Shown one piece after another: positions 8,376 through 17,564 of a stretch of 64,000 nt of DNA (positions are counted from its first letter, which is position 1; each line of letters starts with the position of its first letter). The position numbers and the translations under genes were made by a program. The DNA is from Methanomassiliicoccales archaeon (GTDB lineage Archaea; Thermoplasmatota; Thermoplasmata; RBG-16-68-12; SOIM01). The notes below the pieces were generated by a model. It was not told where the DNA came from, did no database searches, and worked only from the letters and a program-made list of their open reading frames with translations. The stretch is from positions 4,387 through 68,386 of the forward strand of contig JAUVGH010000005.1 in NCBI GenBank assembly GCA_030593885.1, written 5' to 3'.

Positions 8376-11300
8376 CTCACATAGGACGAACAAGGCACTA
8401 TCCCTGCTCCAAAAGGCCTATCCGGACAAGGACTTCGAGTTGATAGGCTCTGGCTTTGAATCTGTCCTGTTCACAGATCGAAATCACATTTTCAAGGTCA
8501 TCGACAAGACTGACATCAACTACAGCCTCCTATTCGGGCAGTTGTTGGGCAGATTCAAGGGTTGCAGGAGGTTGATAGACCTCCAGAACCTCGAGGAGAT
8601 AGATGGGCTTCAGATCCTGTCGTACAGGTACGAGCCATCGGAACCCTACAGTGGGGGCAGGGAGGAGGAAGTCATTGAGTTCCTCGTGGAGTGCTGGGAG
8701 AGAGGAATAGTACATTGGGACGTGAAGCCTATGAACTTCCGAATCTTCGAAGATGGACTCAAGCTTATTGACTACGGTTGGGACATTAAGACTTTCAACT
8801 ACAAGGACTTCCTATTCATGGTCCAGCGCGCTTTCTTGATGACTGGGTTCTCCGATAGGGAGGATTTCCGAGGTCTCATGAGGAAAGCCCTGGTGCAATG
8901 GGACCTCCAGGAATTGGACGGATTCCCAGATTTCTTCAACAGGGTCTACGCCCGCGTTCTGGAACGCCAGAAGTCCAAGCCTCCCTCAAGCCCGATACTC
9001 CTATTCGACAGAGGTTGTCTAGGCGAGATGTTGAAAAAGAAACTAACCCGACTCCACGGTGATGGGAGAGTCCTCTTGGCATGTCCTCGACTGGAGGAGT
9101 TCCTAACAGGACCCCTTGGCGGATTGAGAACAGTACGTGCTCGAGGGACGAAGGAGGTCCCTGGAAAGGGGCCATTCTCCGCGGCTGTCGTAGACTTCAC
9201 CGGAAGACAGATAGATCAGGTCGATTTGAAATCTGAATTAGGCGCAGTCAGAAGTGAAATGAACACCGACGGTATCGTTTTCATAGCCCTAGATAACCCT
9301 TTCTTCAGGGACAAGGTAGGTCGGTATCCGCTTTCGACGCTTCGTCGGGCAGTTGTAAGGGCAGGATTCCGAATCGAGACAGTGGAGGACACCAAGTGGC
9401 TTGCTGATGTCTCAGGGTCGTTCTTTTCACAGTATCTCGTAATCACCGCAACTGCTCATGCTAACGAGGGTAGTGATGTGAGTCTGGTCATCAAAGCATG
9501 CTACCAGGACGGCCCCTTCCTTGAACGTATGATACGTCACATCGTACACCAGCTTGAGGGACCGGGTGCGTTCCTCGAAAGGATAGTTGTCCTCGATCCC
9601 AAAGAGGATGGGTTCATCCGACAATTCGGATTACCCGAGAAGGAACTCACCTACGAGGTTCTGGAGAAGTTGCGTTCTGAGGGGCTAATAGACGATTTCC
9701 TAACGGCTCCAAACGACCCCACCACAATCAAAGAAGTCAATCATAGATGGTTCGGTGTCCGAACGGACACGACCCATAGCATGACAGGTGTGCCAGTCTA
9801 CCCGCAATTGTTTGCCTTGGAGCAGGCCAAAGGTAACTTCATACTGCAGGTTGACTCAGATGCAATCATTGTGAGAAGGGACCCAAGCCACAGCTATCTG
9901 GCGGACATGAAGGGGGCCCTTGACGGGAATCGCAACGCCCTTTCGGTATCATTCAATATCGCCCACCAGATGGACAGTGGCTTCAACGAATATTCCTCCC
10001 CGGGAAACGGAGAGTTCGTTCCAGAGGTTCGGTTCTGTCTCATTCATCGCACGAGATTCTTTGATCAAAGACCATACCCCAATGAACTGACTAATGGTCA
10101 TCTGAAGCTCACTTGGTACCGTTCAGTCGAAAAGGCCCAGGCCGAAAGGGGACTCATCTCACTCAGGGGTGGTGATCCTCGCACTTTCTATATCCATCCA
10201 CCAAATGATAGGAAGAAGGATGCCGACCAATGGTTCTCAGTGATTGATCGAGCTGAATCAGGCTACGTCCCCGACGTCCAGTTCGAAAGAGTTGATCTCT
10301 CTGGTGGTTCCGATGATTGGAGCATCCCCAAGAGGAGCGAGCCTTTTGTCTTCGTGATATGTGGCAGGGACATCTCACCGTCGAGATTCCTCAGGTGTTG
10401 GCAATCGGTCTTGGGACAGACTAGGAGTGATTGGGGCGCCGTCATAGTCGATGATGCATCGGCTGATTGCCTGCCAGAGTTCATTGACTTCCTAGCTGGT
10501 AGGCACAAGGACAGGGTAACCTACCTACGCAACAATCAGAGAAAGGGAGTGCTCACGAACATTAACAGGGCTATCAGGGAATTCTGCGTCAACCCATACT
10601 CAGTGATAGTAGTCTTGGACGCTGACGATATGCTCTTATCAAATCACCTTCTGTTGAACTTGCATCAGCGGTATTTGAAGGGAGTTGACATGACCGTTGG
10701 GTCAATGCTCCGTGCTGGCAAGGGGCTAATACCTTTCATCCCGGATTTCGAGAACCCCAGAACGAAAAGAGGAGGCGATGTCTGGATGCACCTTAGAACA
10801 TTCCGGAAGTACTTGTTCGACAACGTTCGCGTTGAACATATGAAGGCTGGGGGACAATGGATTGACAAGTTCACAGAACTCACATATATGGTACCCATCG
10901 CAGAGATGGCAAGAAATCCCATGCATCTAGAATGGCCAGTGTATCTCTACGAGCCAAGCCAGGTACGCGATGCAGACCACTATCGAAGAAACAAGGCAAT
11001 CATCCAGCATATAATGGAGGCGGATTCTTACGAGAGACCAATTGAAATGCCTACAGCGGCGATTAAACCTCCAGGCGAACTGCTGTCTGACCTAGAAGAG
11101 GACAGTAATGTCATCTTCATAAGACACGCTGAGAACGAACCTAGCGACAACTCAGATACTTCAGAACTCACCGCATTTGGAGCGACTGACTGCCGAGCCT
11201 GGGGAGGTTGCCTTCCGATCAAACTGGACCTCATGCTAGCCAGCAATGCGACAAGAACGCTCCAGACGTGCGAACATATCAAAGCGGTGAGCAACCCTGA

Positions 11301-11649
11301 CTGCATGGTCGAGCAATGGGCGACTCTGAGACGTCCACCGCGTATTCGTATCAATGAGGCCGCTGAACCTGGAACCGAATATGGTTGGAAATCTGCGGCT
11401 GGGAGAGTATTGCAGGGAGATTTTTCCAGAAATGCAATCGCACAGTACGAGGAGGATGTGAGGAGAATCGTGAAGGAGATCAGAGAGGAAATCGTCGCCC
11501 ATGACTCAAAGAACACACTCGTTGTCAGCCATGATCACATGATTAGCTTGATTGCCCATCATTTCTATGGTAGCATTGAATTGAAAGTTCGATACTTGCA
11601 TGGTTTTGTCGTCGGCGTGGACACCCTGGAAAGGAGCGTGCAACCTTAG
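8368..11649 (+). CDS. Large multidomain protein: protein-kinase-like domain, methyltransferase-like region (weak), GT-A domain, GT2 domain and a C-terminal histidine phosphatase (PGAM-like) domain
   Basis: - Kinase-like: GSGFESVLF...FKV...IVHWDVKPMNFRI...LIDYGWD.
- GT-A: DVSLVIKACYQDG...ILQVDSDAII.
- GT2: FVFVICGRD...AVIVDDASAD...VVLDADDML.
- Histidine phosphatase: VIFIRHAENE...LVVSHDHMI.
- ATG 8368 overlaps the upstream stop. Confidence 0.7.
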   Translation: MNDSHRTNKALSLLQKAYPDKDFELIGSGFESVLFTDRNHIFKVIDKTDINYSLLFGQLLGRFKGCRRLIDLQNLEEIDGLQILSYRYEPSEPYSGGREEEVIEFLVECWERGIVHWDVKPMNFRIFEDGLKLIDYGWDIKTFNYKDFLFMVQRAFLMTGFSDREDFRGLMRKALVQWDLQELDGFPDFFNRVYARVLERQKSKPPSSPILLFDRGCLGEMLKKKLTRLHGDGRVLLACPRLEEFLTGPLGGLRTVRARGTKEVPGKGPFSAAVVDFTGRQIDQVDLKSELGAVRSEMNTDGIVFIALDNPFFRDKVGRYPLSTLRRAVVRAGFRIETVEDTKWLADVSGSFFSQYLVITATAHANEGSDVSLVIKACYQDGPFLERMIRHIVHQLEGPGAFLERIVVLDPKEDGFIRQFGLPEKELTYEVLEKLRSEGLIDDFLTAPNDPTTIKEVNHRWFGVRTDTTHSMTGVPVYPQLFALEQAKGNFILQVDSDAIIVRRDPSHSYLADMKGALDGNRNALSVSFNIAHQMDSGFNEYSSPGNGEFVPEVRFCLIHRTRFFDQRPYPNELTNGHLKLTWYRSVEKAQAERGLISLRGGDPRTFYIHPPNDRKKDADQWFSVIDRAESGYVPDVQFERVDLSGGSDDWSIPKRSEPFVFVICGRDISPSRFLRCWQSVLGQTRSDWGAVIVDDASADCLPEFIDFLAGRHKDRVTYLRNNQRKGVLTNINRAIREFCVNPYSVIVVLDADDMLLSNHLLLNLHQRYLKGVDMTVGSMLRAGKGLIPFIPDFENPRTKRGGDVWMHLRTFRKYLFDNVRVEHMKAGGQWIDKFTELTYMVPIAEMARNPMHLEWPVYLYEPSQVRDADHYRRNKAIIQHIMEADSYERPIEMPTAAIKPPGELLSDLEEDSNVIFIRHAENEPSDNSDTSELTAFGATDCRAWGGCLPIKLDLMLASNATRTLQTCEHIKAVSNPDCMVEQWATLRRPPRIRINEAAEPGTEYGWKSAAGRVLQGDFSRNAIAQYEEDVRRIVKEIREEIVAHDSKNTLVVSHDHMISLIAHHFYGSIELKVRYLHGFVVGVDTLERSVQP

Positions 11650-12465
11650 ATGCCCACCATTGGAGGTTTCCGGAGCGGGGTTGGAGTGTCAAGGACTCAG
11701 ACAGTTGTTCTCGAACCACAGTTCAAGACCTCGTTGAATCTTATTGAGATCGATATTACGTACAGATGCAACCTCAGGTGCTACAATTGCGATAGGTCCT
11801 GCACTCAAGCACCAGATACTGTTGATATGGCATTGGGGCAATTGGAGCGCTTCGTCGATGAAACGAGAAACAGGAGGAAGAAGTGGAAGAGGATTCGAAT
11901 AATGGGTGGAGAACCGCTGCTTCACCCAGGTGTGAGAGACATCCTACCGATATTTGCAGATTTCAGAAGAGAGAACCCAGATACACTAATCGAGGTCGTA
12001 ACCAACGGATATGGAGAGAAGGTGCGTAAGGCGATCGGAAAAATCCCTCGTGAGATAACTCTAAAGAACACGAACAAACCCAGACGATTTCAGAAGAAGT
12101 TCGTGGCATTCAATCTCGCGCCCATCGACAAACGAAAGCACATACAAACGGATATCTCGAATGGATGTTGGATAACAGAAGAATGTGGGATAGGGTTGAA
12201 TGCTTATGGATACTACCCGTGTGGCGTTGGAGGCTCTATCGATAGAGTATTCGGCTTCGACATCGGACTCAAGAAGCTACCATCTAGAAACGGTTCGCTG
12301 AGAGAGCAGAAGAGGCGCCTGTGTCCATTATGCGGTCACTATAATAACCGTAAATTCATCCCCATACCAGATCGTGAGCCAGTGGTGGGAGAGCCGAAAT
12401 CAAAATCGTGGATCAAGGGCTACGAGCTTTATAGGAAAGCGCCCCCAGTATTGACGAAGTACTAG
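11650..12465 (+). CDS. Radical SAM enzyme with a C-terminal Cys-rich (SPASM/twitch-like) region
   Basis: ITYRCNLRCYNCDRSC (CxxxCxxC) and MGGEPLLHP are present. C-terminal cysteines are GCWITEECGIGLNAYGYYPCG and LCPLCGH. The ATG directly abuts the upstream TAG. Confidence 0.8.
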   Translation: MPTIGGFRSGVGVSRTQTVVLEPQFKTSLNLIEIDITYRCNLRCYNCDRSCTQAPDTVDMALGQLERFVDETRNRRKKWKRIRIMGGEPLLHPGVRDILPIFADFRRENPDTLIEVVTNGYGEKVRKAIGKIPREITLKNTNKPRRFQKKFVAFNLAPIDKRKHIQTDISNGCWITEECGIGLNAYGYYPCGVGGSIDRVFGFDIGLKKLPSRNGSLREQKRRLCPLCGHYNNRKFIPIPDREPVVGEPKSKSWIKGYELYRKAPPVLTKY

Positions 12466-12965
12466 GTGGGACGTAGACAGAACCCTTGCGATGGAGCAAA
12501 GGCAACGTTCGCCCAAAATCCTTAAGTTGTCAGTCCTGGGCATCGCCGTCGATATCTTCAGGTCTTCCGTCAACATCCAGAGGTCGAATCCAACACATTT
12601 GGAGCGATTGAGGGGAAGGTCGCACTGCATAGGGACCAAGACATATTCACTGAGCCACATCCTCGTTCGTCTTATTGAGAGTTTCACTGGACAGTCTAGT
12701 TTGAGACCCGAGGACAACTTCTCTCTTGCGCTCTTCTTTGTCCATGATGTTTATAGGGACATACTCATTGTGTTCTGAAAGTCAATTGTGTTCATCTTCT
12801 TCGGAAGCGAGTCTTTTCTCAAGTTCTTGTGTTGACATTTTTCCGGGATGAGCCATATCACGGGAGAACCACTTCAATCTTGAAGCAATAGTCAAGTGAA
12901 ACTGTGGGCAGTGGCAACAGTAGTCGAGTTCTCAGGAGAATAGAGAATCAATGTTGGAGAGCTTC

Positions 12966-13199
12966 CTATACCGTTCCACCATATTTCTCATATAACCGAT
13001 TCACGTCTTCTTTGAAGTTCTCAAAGAGCTTCGTCCAGGCCTCAAGCTGCTCTTGCTCAGGGCTACCAGGTTTGGCGACAATGGTGAAGCTTTGAGCAAA
13101 CACTACTCCACCAACTGCTACGCTCTGAGCGATGTTGTAGAGCGTATCCCTCAGTTCTTCTCCCTTTGCTCCGTCTTTCATAGAAAGATATATGTGCAT
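12966..13199 (-). CDS. Hypothetical small protein
   Basis: 77-aa ORF with a protein-like composition and no recognisable motif. It competes with overlapping plus-strand ORFs. Confidence 0.3.
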   Translation of the reverse strand: MHIYLSMKDGAKGEELRDTLYNIAQSVAVGGVVFAQSFTIVAKPGSPEQEQLEAWTKLFENFKEDVNRLYEKYGGTV

Positions 13200-13280
13200 C
13201 GATTAATGAGGTTTCCGTCTAATGGAAGTCGGCGAGTCCAATACTTCAAGCTTTTTGGCTTGGCACTACTGGACCGAGAA

Positions 13281-13433
13281 ATGGCTGAGAGTATGGGAGC
13301 CGGAATTCAACCAGTCAAAGAGTGGAGGAAGAAATGGACGAGAGAAGGCGATCTTGTGACATGTAAGAACTGTGGTCAAGAGTTCAATGCGGTATGCAAG
13401 ACCACTTGCCCGAAGTGCAGGACGTTTCTCTAA
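13281..13433 (+). CDS. Small zinc-ribbon protein
   Basis: An internal Met (MAESMGAG...) leads to CKNCGQEF...CPKCRTFL, two CxxC pairs. The upstream part of the 13053 ORF looks non-coding. Confidence 0.35.
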   Translation: MAESMGAGIQPVKEWRKKWTREGDLVTCKNCGQEFNAVCKTTCPKCRTFL

Positions 13434-13665
13434 ATCGGGAGCTCTGAAGATCTTCTCAGTACTTGTTCATTTCCTACGGCTCACTGTATCAGAACCCTAT
13501 GCTGGTCAAATGCAACCTTCACGTCAAGCAGCTCTTCACCATTATCTTAACGGCGATCGCATAGTCAGGGGAGTACTTTCACTCATCCCCAAATCCAGCC
13601 TTATATACTGAGATTGTGGTATCCTACCCAAGAAGAACGCGGGTGATGAGTAGAACGACGCTGAA

Positions 13666-14631
13666 ATGATAGGAAGAACTGCGACCCAAATGCGTTTGCG
13701 AACTGAGAGGTGCCCTCTCAACCGAGTGTGCAAGAGTTGCACCTTCAATGCGAGTTTTGAGTGCCATTGCATGAATCATCTATGCACATACAAATCTTGT
13801 ATGAAGCAGAAATGTGACAATCACAAAGGAACGGTGTGTTCGGACAAATCCTGCCCGATGTTCAAAACGTACCAATCAAATTACACATTTGAGGATTTCT
13901 ACTCACTGTCATCCTATTCTCACCTTGATATTCCTGAGTTCAGCCCAATGTCCAGGGAAATCAGGATGGTTTATCCTTTCTCCCAAAGACTGTCAGATAT
14001 ACTCCGGAATCCTGGTGAGCTACGGTGCATTGTGCTACCCATGTCAACGAAAAGTATGATGGAAAGAATGAGAAAGAAGGGGGCTATCAGAGAAATTGCA
14101 GACAAGTTTGATTTCACTTCCAATGACATTCAAATAGGCGTCAGTTGTGTGGGACCTGACAGTTTTCTTGACTCAATCACGAGCGACCAATACAATCAGT
14201 GGGTACTTTCTATCAAACCTGACTTTGCATTCTCTTACGATGCGTATGCCTATCCAGACTTCTCCAAATGCTCGCAGTGGAGCAGATTGGCCACATCGAT
14301 AACTGCAGCTCATGACCTTGCGAAAGAGGTGATAGCGCATGATTCACAGACGAGAGTCATCCCCTTCTTGACGGCAAATGACTGTCACCAATTCGGTGTT
14401 GGCGTGAAGATGCTAAGGGATATTGGCTTTCAGCACGTATCCCACTACTTCAAAGGATTCTATGACCATGACATTTACCCAAAGGGGTCTGTAAGAGAGA
14501 GAATCCAGAGATGGGTACGTATCTTCAGAAGTAGTCACCCAAGAGGTAAACTCGTCGCCTACAGGGCAAATAGAGATGACGCCCTCGCAACGGAATGTGA
14601 CCACTTCGTCAGATTCAGCAGAGATGTTTGA
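13666..14631 (+). CDS. Hypothetical protein with a Cys/His-rich N-terminus
   Basis: 321-aa ORF. About 12 Cys and several His lie in the first 65 residues or so (CPLNRVCKSCTFNASFECHCMNHLCTYKSCMKQKCDNHKGTVCSDKSCPMF). A probable alpha/beta domain of unknown family follows. Confidence 0.6.
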   Translation: MIGRTATQMRLRTERCPLNRVCKSCTFNASFECHCMNHLCTYKSCMKQKCDNHKGTVCSDKSCPMFKTYQSNYTFEDFYSLSSYSHLDIPEFSPMSREIRMVYPFSQRLSDILRNPGELRCIVLPMSTKSMMERMRKKGAIREIADKFDFTSNDIQIGVSCVGPDSFLDSITSDQYNQWVLSIKPDFAFSYDAYAYPDFSKCSQWSRLATSITAAHDLAKEVIAHDSQTRVIPFLTANDCHQFGVGVKMLRDIGFQHVSHYFKGFYDHDIYPKGSVRERIQRWVRIFRSSHPRGKLVAYRANRDDALATECDHFVRFSRDV

Positions 14632-14657
14632 GGAGTCAAGAGTCAAATCATTGGGTG

Positions 14658-15173
14658 ATGGAAGTGCCGAAACCACGGTCAGGAAGAAATGAACATTCAA
14701 GCAAAGGAGGAGGCCGTGGAGGGGGCGGAGAAGGCCCGAGTGAGGAAACTCCTTCCGAAGACCTCTTAGAGTATGCTGTGAAGACTGCTGCAAAGGATGC
14801 GCTCATCGAGTCTACTGCATTAGTGAACCCGGCCTTACCCACAACCATCAAACTGGCTAGCCACGCATATGATATGTATAAGCTGGGCAAGCGTTTGGAC
14901 AACATCTCAGAATCAAGCGATAGTGACAGGGAGAAGATGAAGATGATGGCAAGCGAAATCCTTGAGTTTGGCGGAAACAAGATAGTCGATTCTGCAATTG
15001 ATCACGCAGCTAGCCAGATGATGAGAACTCCAGGAATGTCGAGCACTGCGGCTATAATCTCGAAACAGACAGCGGTCGGGCAAATACACGTGGAGACCTT
15101 TCTGAAAGGTTCCATGAAGACTGGGCTCAAGGTTTACAGGAAGAAGGTTCAGAAATTGGGAGCGGTGAGATGA
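14658..15173 (+). CDS. Hypothetical protein (Gly-rich N-terminus)
   Basis: The ORF overlaps the upstream stop. GGGRGGGGEG tract, then a helical region. No family recognised. The start is either TTG 14628 or ATG 14658. Confidence 0.5.
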   Translation: MEVPKPRSGRNEHSSKGGGRGGGGEGPSEETPSEDLLEYAVKTAAKDALIESTALVNPALPTTIKLASHAYDMYKLGKRLDNISESSDSDREKMKMMASEILEFGGNKIVDSAIDHAASQMMRTPGMSSTAAIISKQTAVGQIHVETFLKGSMKTGLKVYRKKVQKLGAVR

Positions 15174-15676
15174 AGGTTGGAATTGTTGTGCCAATGAAAG
15201 AACTCTTCAAGGCCCTAGATGTCTCTTATGAGATCATGGCATATACGGAGACCCTGGCAACAGGCAAATCCGTTCTTTTTTCATTGGCCACTTCGTTCTT
15301 TCATCTGGATGATGAGACTCCCGTCTCGGATTACATTGACTTCCTGGACGCAAACATCCTTCTGCCGGAACATTCGAAGATTCAAAGAGGAGAGTATGGG
15401 ATCTACATCTCCTGTGCAGTATGGCCCTTTGTGGGCCGGAACCTCAAACGTCACTTGGAACTTCAAGGGATTCCCTTCAAGTTCAAACGCGAGCATGATA
15501 TCCTGGGTTTGAATCAATGGAAGGAATCGATCCGAAGAGTATGGGACCTACGTAGGATTTTCAGTGTCGCTGGAACGAGTTGGATTGCAGAAGATCTTGA
15601 ATCGAAGAAAGTTCTCGACGTTTTCAAGAGTTTCAAGGAGAGATTGAACGAAATTGAAGATCGAGAAACTGGATAG
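15170..15676 (+). CDS. Hypothetical protein
   Basis: ATGA overlap with the upstream gene, preceded by GGTGAG. 168 aa. No family recognised. Confidence 0.55.
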   Translation: MKVGIVVPMKELFKALDVSYEIMAYTETLATGKSVLFSLATSFFHLDDETPVSDYIDFLDANILLPEHSKIQRGEYGIYISCAVWPFVGRNLKRHLELQGIPFKFKREHDILGLNQWKESIRRVWDLRRIFSVAGTSWIAEDLESKKVLDVFKSFKERLNEIEDRETG

Positions 15677-15769
15677 TTCAGACAAGTTGCAGTCGTGGGC
15701 TCAGCATCAGCAAGTCCCATTCTGCTCTTCCATTAGATGCATATATTGTGCCGTTTCGACCAAGGACCA

Positions 15770-16051
15770 CTACCACCTCTGCAACTCTGGATGGCTTTTA
15801 ACCCATGCAAGCATCGTACCGTCCAACTCTTGGCTTACGTCCTTCTCCGTGTCCTCTTCTATTACTCTCTTCTTTCCACAGTTCACGCACCTTTGAAGAA
15901 CGACAGTCTTATCATAGATCTTGATGTCCTCGAAAACGTCTTCGATATCATTCTCATGAAGTATACCTGCAATTGCCCAATCGTGCTCACCATCCTCGCA
16001 GTGTTCTGAGTTTCCCTTTCCGCTCGTAACATCATCTCCCAGTCTTGGCAT
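15770..16051 (-). CDS. Small acidic zinc-ribbon-like protein
   Basis: 93-aa ORF with HCEDGEH and CVNCGKK motifs. It competes with an overlapping plus-strand ORF. Confidence 0.4.
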   Translation of the reverse strand: MPRLGDDVTSGKGNSEHCEDGEHDWAIAGILHENDIEDVFEDIKIYDKTVVLQRCVNCGKKRVIEEDTEKDVSQELDGTMLAWVKSHPELQRW

Positions 16052-16166
16052 AACCTACGTGTCCTCAACCAACCTCTTGATCGTAGAGAACGTCCCTCGC
16101 TTCACATAACTCAAATCAGAAACTGAGTTACACACTCATAAATGTTACCTCGTCGTAACTCGTTTG

Positions 16167-16316
16167 ATGCCAAGGACAAAACGCAACTTCAACGTTTCCT
16201 TGTCGAAAGAGCTGTGCGACTGGATTGAGAAGAAGATTGAAGAGAAAGTGTTCTACAACCGTTCCCATGCAATAGAAGTTGCCGTGGACAAGTTGAAGAA
16301 AAAAGCTGGGGACTAG
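16167..16316 (+). CDS. Small ribbon-helix-helix (CopG/Arc-like) protein, below the ORF-track length cutoff
   Basis: My own translation is MPRTKRNFNVSLSKELCDWIEKKIEEKVFYNRSHAIEVAVDKLKKKAGD (49 aa). It shows the classic RHH pattern: a basic N-terminal beta-strand (FNVSLSKEL), then two helices including the RSxAIE-like block NRSHAIEVAV. Confidence 0.5.
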   Translation: MPRTKRNFNVSLSKELCDWIEKKIEEKVFYNRSHAIEVAVDKLKKKAGD

Positions 16317-16743
16317 TTGGACTCGCAGCTGTTCCCAGTTGCTAGCTCGTCTAGTAGATAATGAGGTCCATATGTTTTTCGCAAGTGATTGAAAAGAATC
16401 CATTCCACATTCGATTCCCAGCCCCTCTATTCCAGGTCGAATCGTTTCAATATGGATTTCCTCCCAATACAAGATATCTCAGAAGTTATTTGCCATTTGC
16501 TAAGAACCTTCTCTGTTGATTCGATTCTGTCCAATTAGTCATCTTTGCCCAGTTTGCTGGTCAAAGTCCGTTAGATAATCTCTGGCAGACAAATAGAAGA
16601 CAAAAAGCTTTAAATTGTGATAGTCGGATGAGGATACTGTGCTGTGGGTGAAGGAGGGATTTTGTTGCCAATTCCAACATTGACTTCCCCCATTACCAAT
16701 AGGACTTACGATGTGTTCAGGGAACTTGATGGGAGGGGATAGA

Positions 16744-17295
16744 ATGACAACGGAAAGAATTGAAATGTTCTGCAAAACCTGTGGAGAGATCTCCTCGGAA
16801 GCAAAATGGAAATGCCCTAAGTGTGGCAACAGTATGTATTTCTACAATGAAGACAGAGACTGGGAGAAGCTCCTTCTCGCTCGGAAGGGGGAAGTGACGC
16901 CGGAGATGCGGCAGAAGGAGAAGAAAGAAGAAATGGCAGGGGCCTCCAAGGTCCTCATTATCATTGTGGCAGTCATAGTCGCCGCAATAGTCATTGCATT
17001 TCTGATTTCTCCTCCGTCAGGCTCTCTTCAAAAACTGTCCATAAATGTTGAGAATGAGACAAATGCCGAGATTAGAATAAGCCTCTATGTGGACGACGAG
17101 TATAAGGGCTTTGACTATCTTCCTTCAGGAGAGGGTGAGTTCTACCGATTCAGTGGCGTCTATTACTCGGATCCCCACAGTATCAAGATAAGCTCTCCGT
17201 CCCTTTGGATTGACTACGTTGTGAATGTCCCGAAGGACAATCATGTGACAATTACTGTTCACCAGGATGGAACGGCAACGTATTACCTCTGGTAG
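16744..17295 (+). CDS. Zinc-ribbon membrane protein
   Basis: The Met at 16744 is preceded by GGGAGGGGA. CKTCG...CPKCG zinc ribbon, one TM helix (VLIIIVAVIVAAIVIAFLI), and a beta-rich C-terminal ectodomain. Confidence 0.6.
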   Translation: MTTERIEMFCKTCGEISSEAKWKCPKCGNSMYFYNEDRDWEKLLLARKGEVTPEMRQKEKKEEMAGASKVLIIIVAVIVAAIVIAFLISPPSGSLQKLSINVENETNAEIRISLYVDDEYKGFDYLPSGEGEFYRFSGVYYSDPHSIKISSPSLWIDYVVNVPKDNHVTITVHQDGTATYYLW

Positions 17296-17564
17296 CGTCT
17301 TCCAGATTTCGTTTTATTTCCTCGCCGTTTTGTCCTCCAGCAACGAAAGTCAATATATCAATACTCAGAATAATCTGTCCGCTGTTTCAAAGCTTCGCGA
17401 ATATTCGAAGGGCAAATCTCAGAATCAAAATGTCGTCCTCCCCCATGAAGTCGGACACTTCTCGTCTATCTATGCTCATCTCTGCCCGTACGACGCTCCT
17501 CCACTCATCGTTGGCACCCTAAGGTTTCTAATAATCAGATTACCATCTGATGATGAGGAGCAAC

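Noticed and set aside
13666-14631. Possible TGT/DpdA-like TIM-barrel transglycosylase. The basis was the order of short motifs PDSFLDS, IKPDFAFSYDAY, VIPFLTAND and GFQHVS.
   Set aside because: The motif spacing does not match the tRNA-guanine transglycosylase family as I remember it. The resemblance rests on a few residues only and cannot be supported without a profile search.
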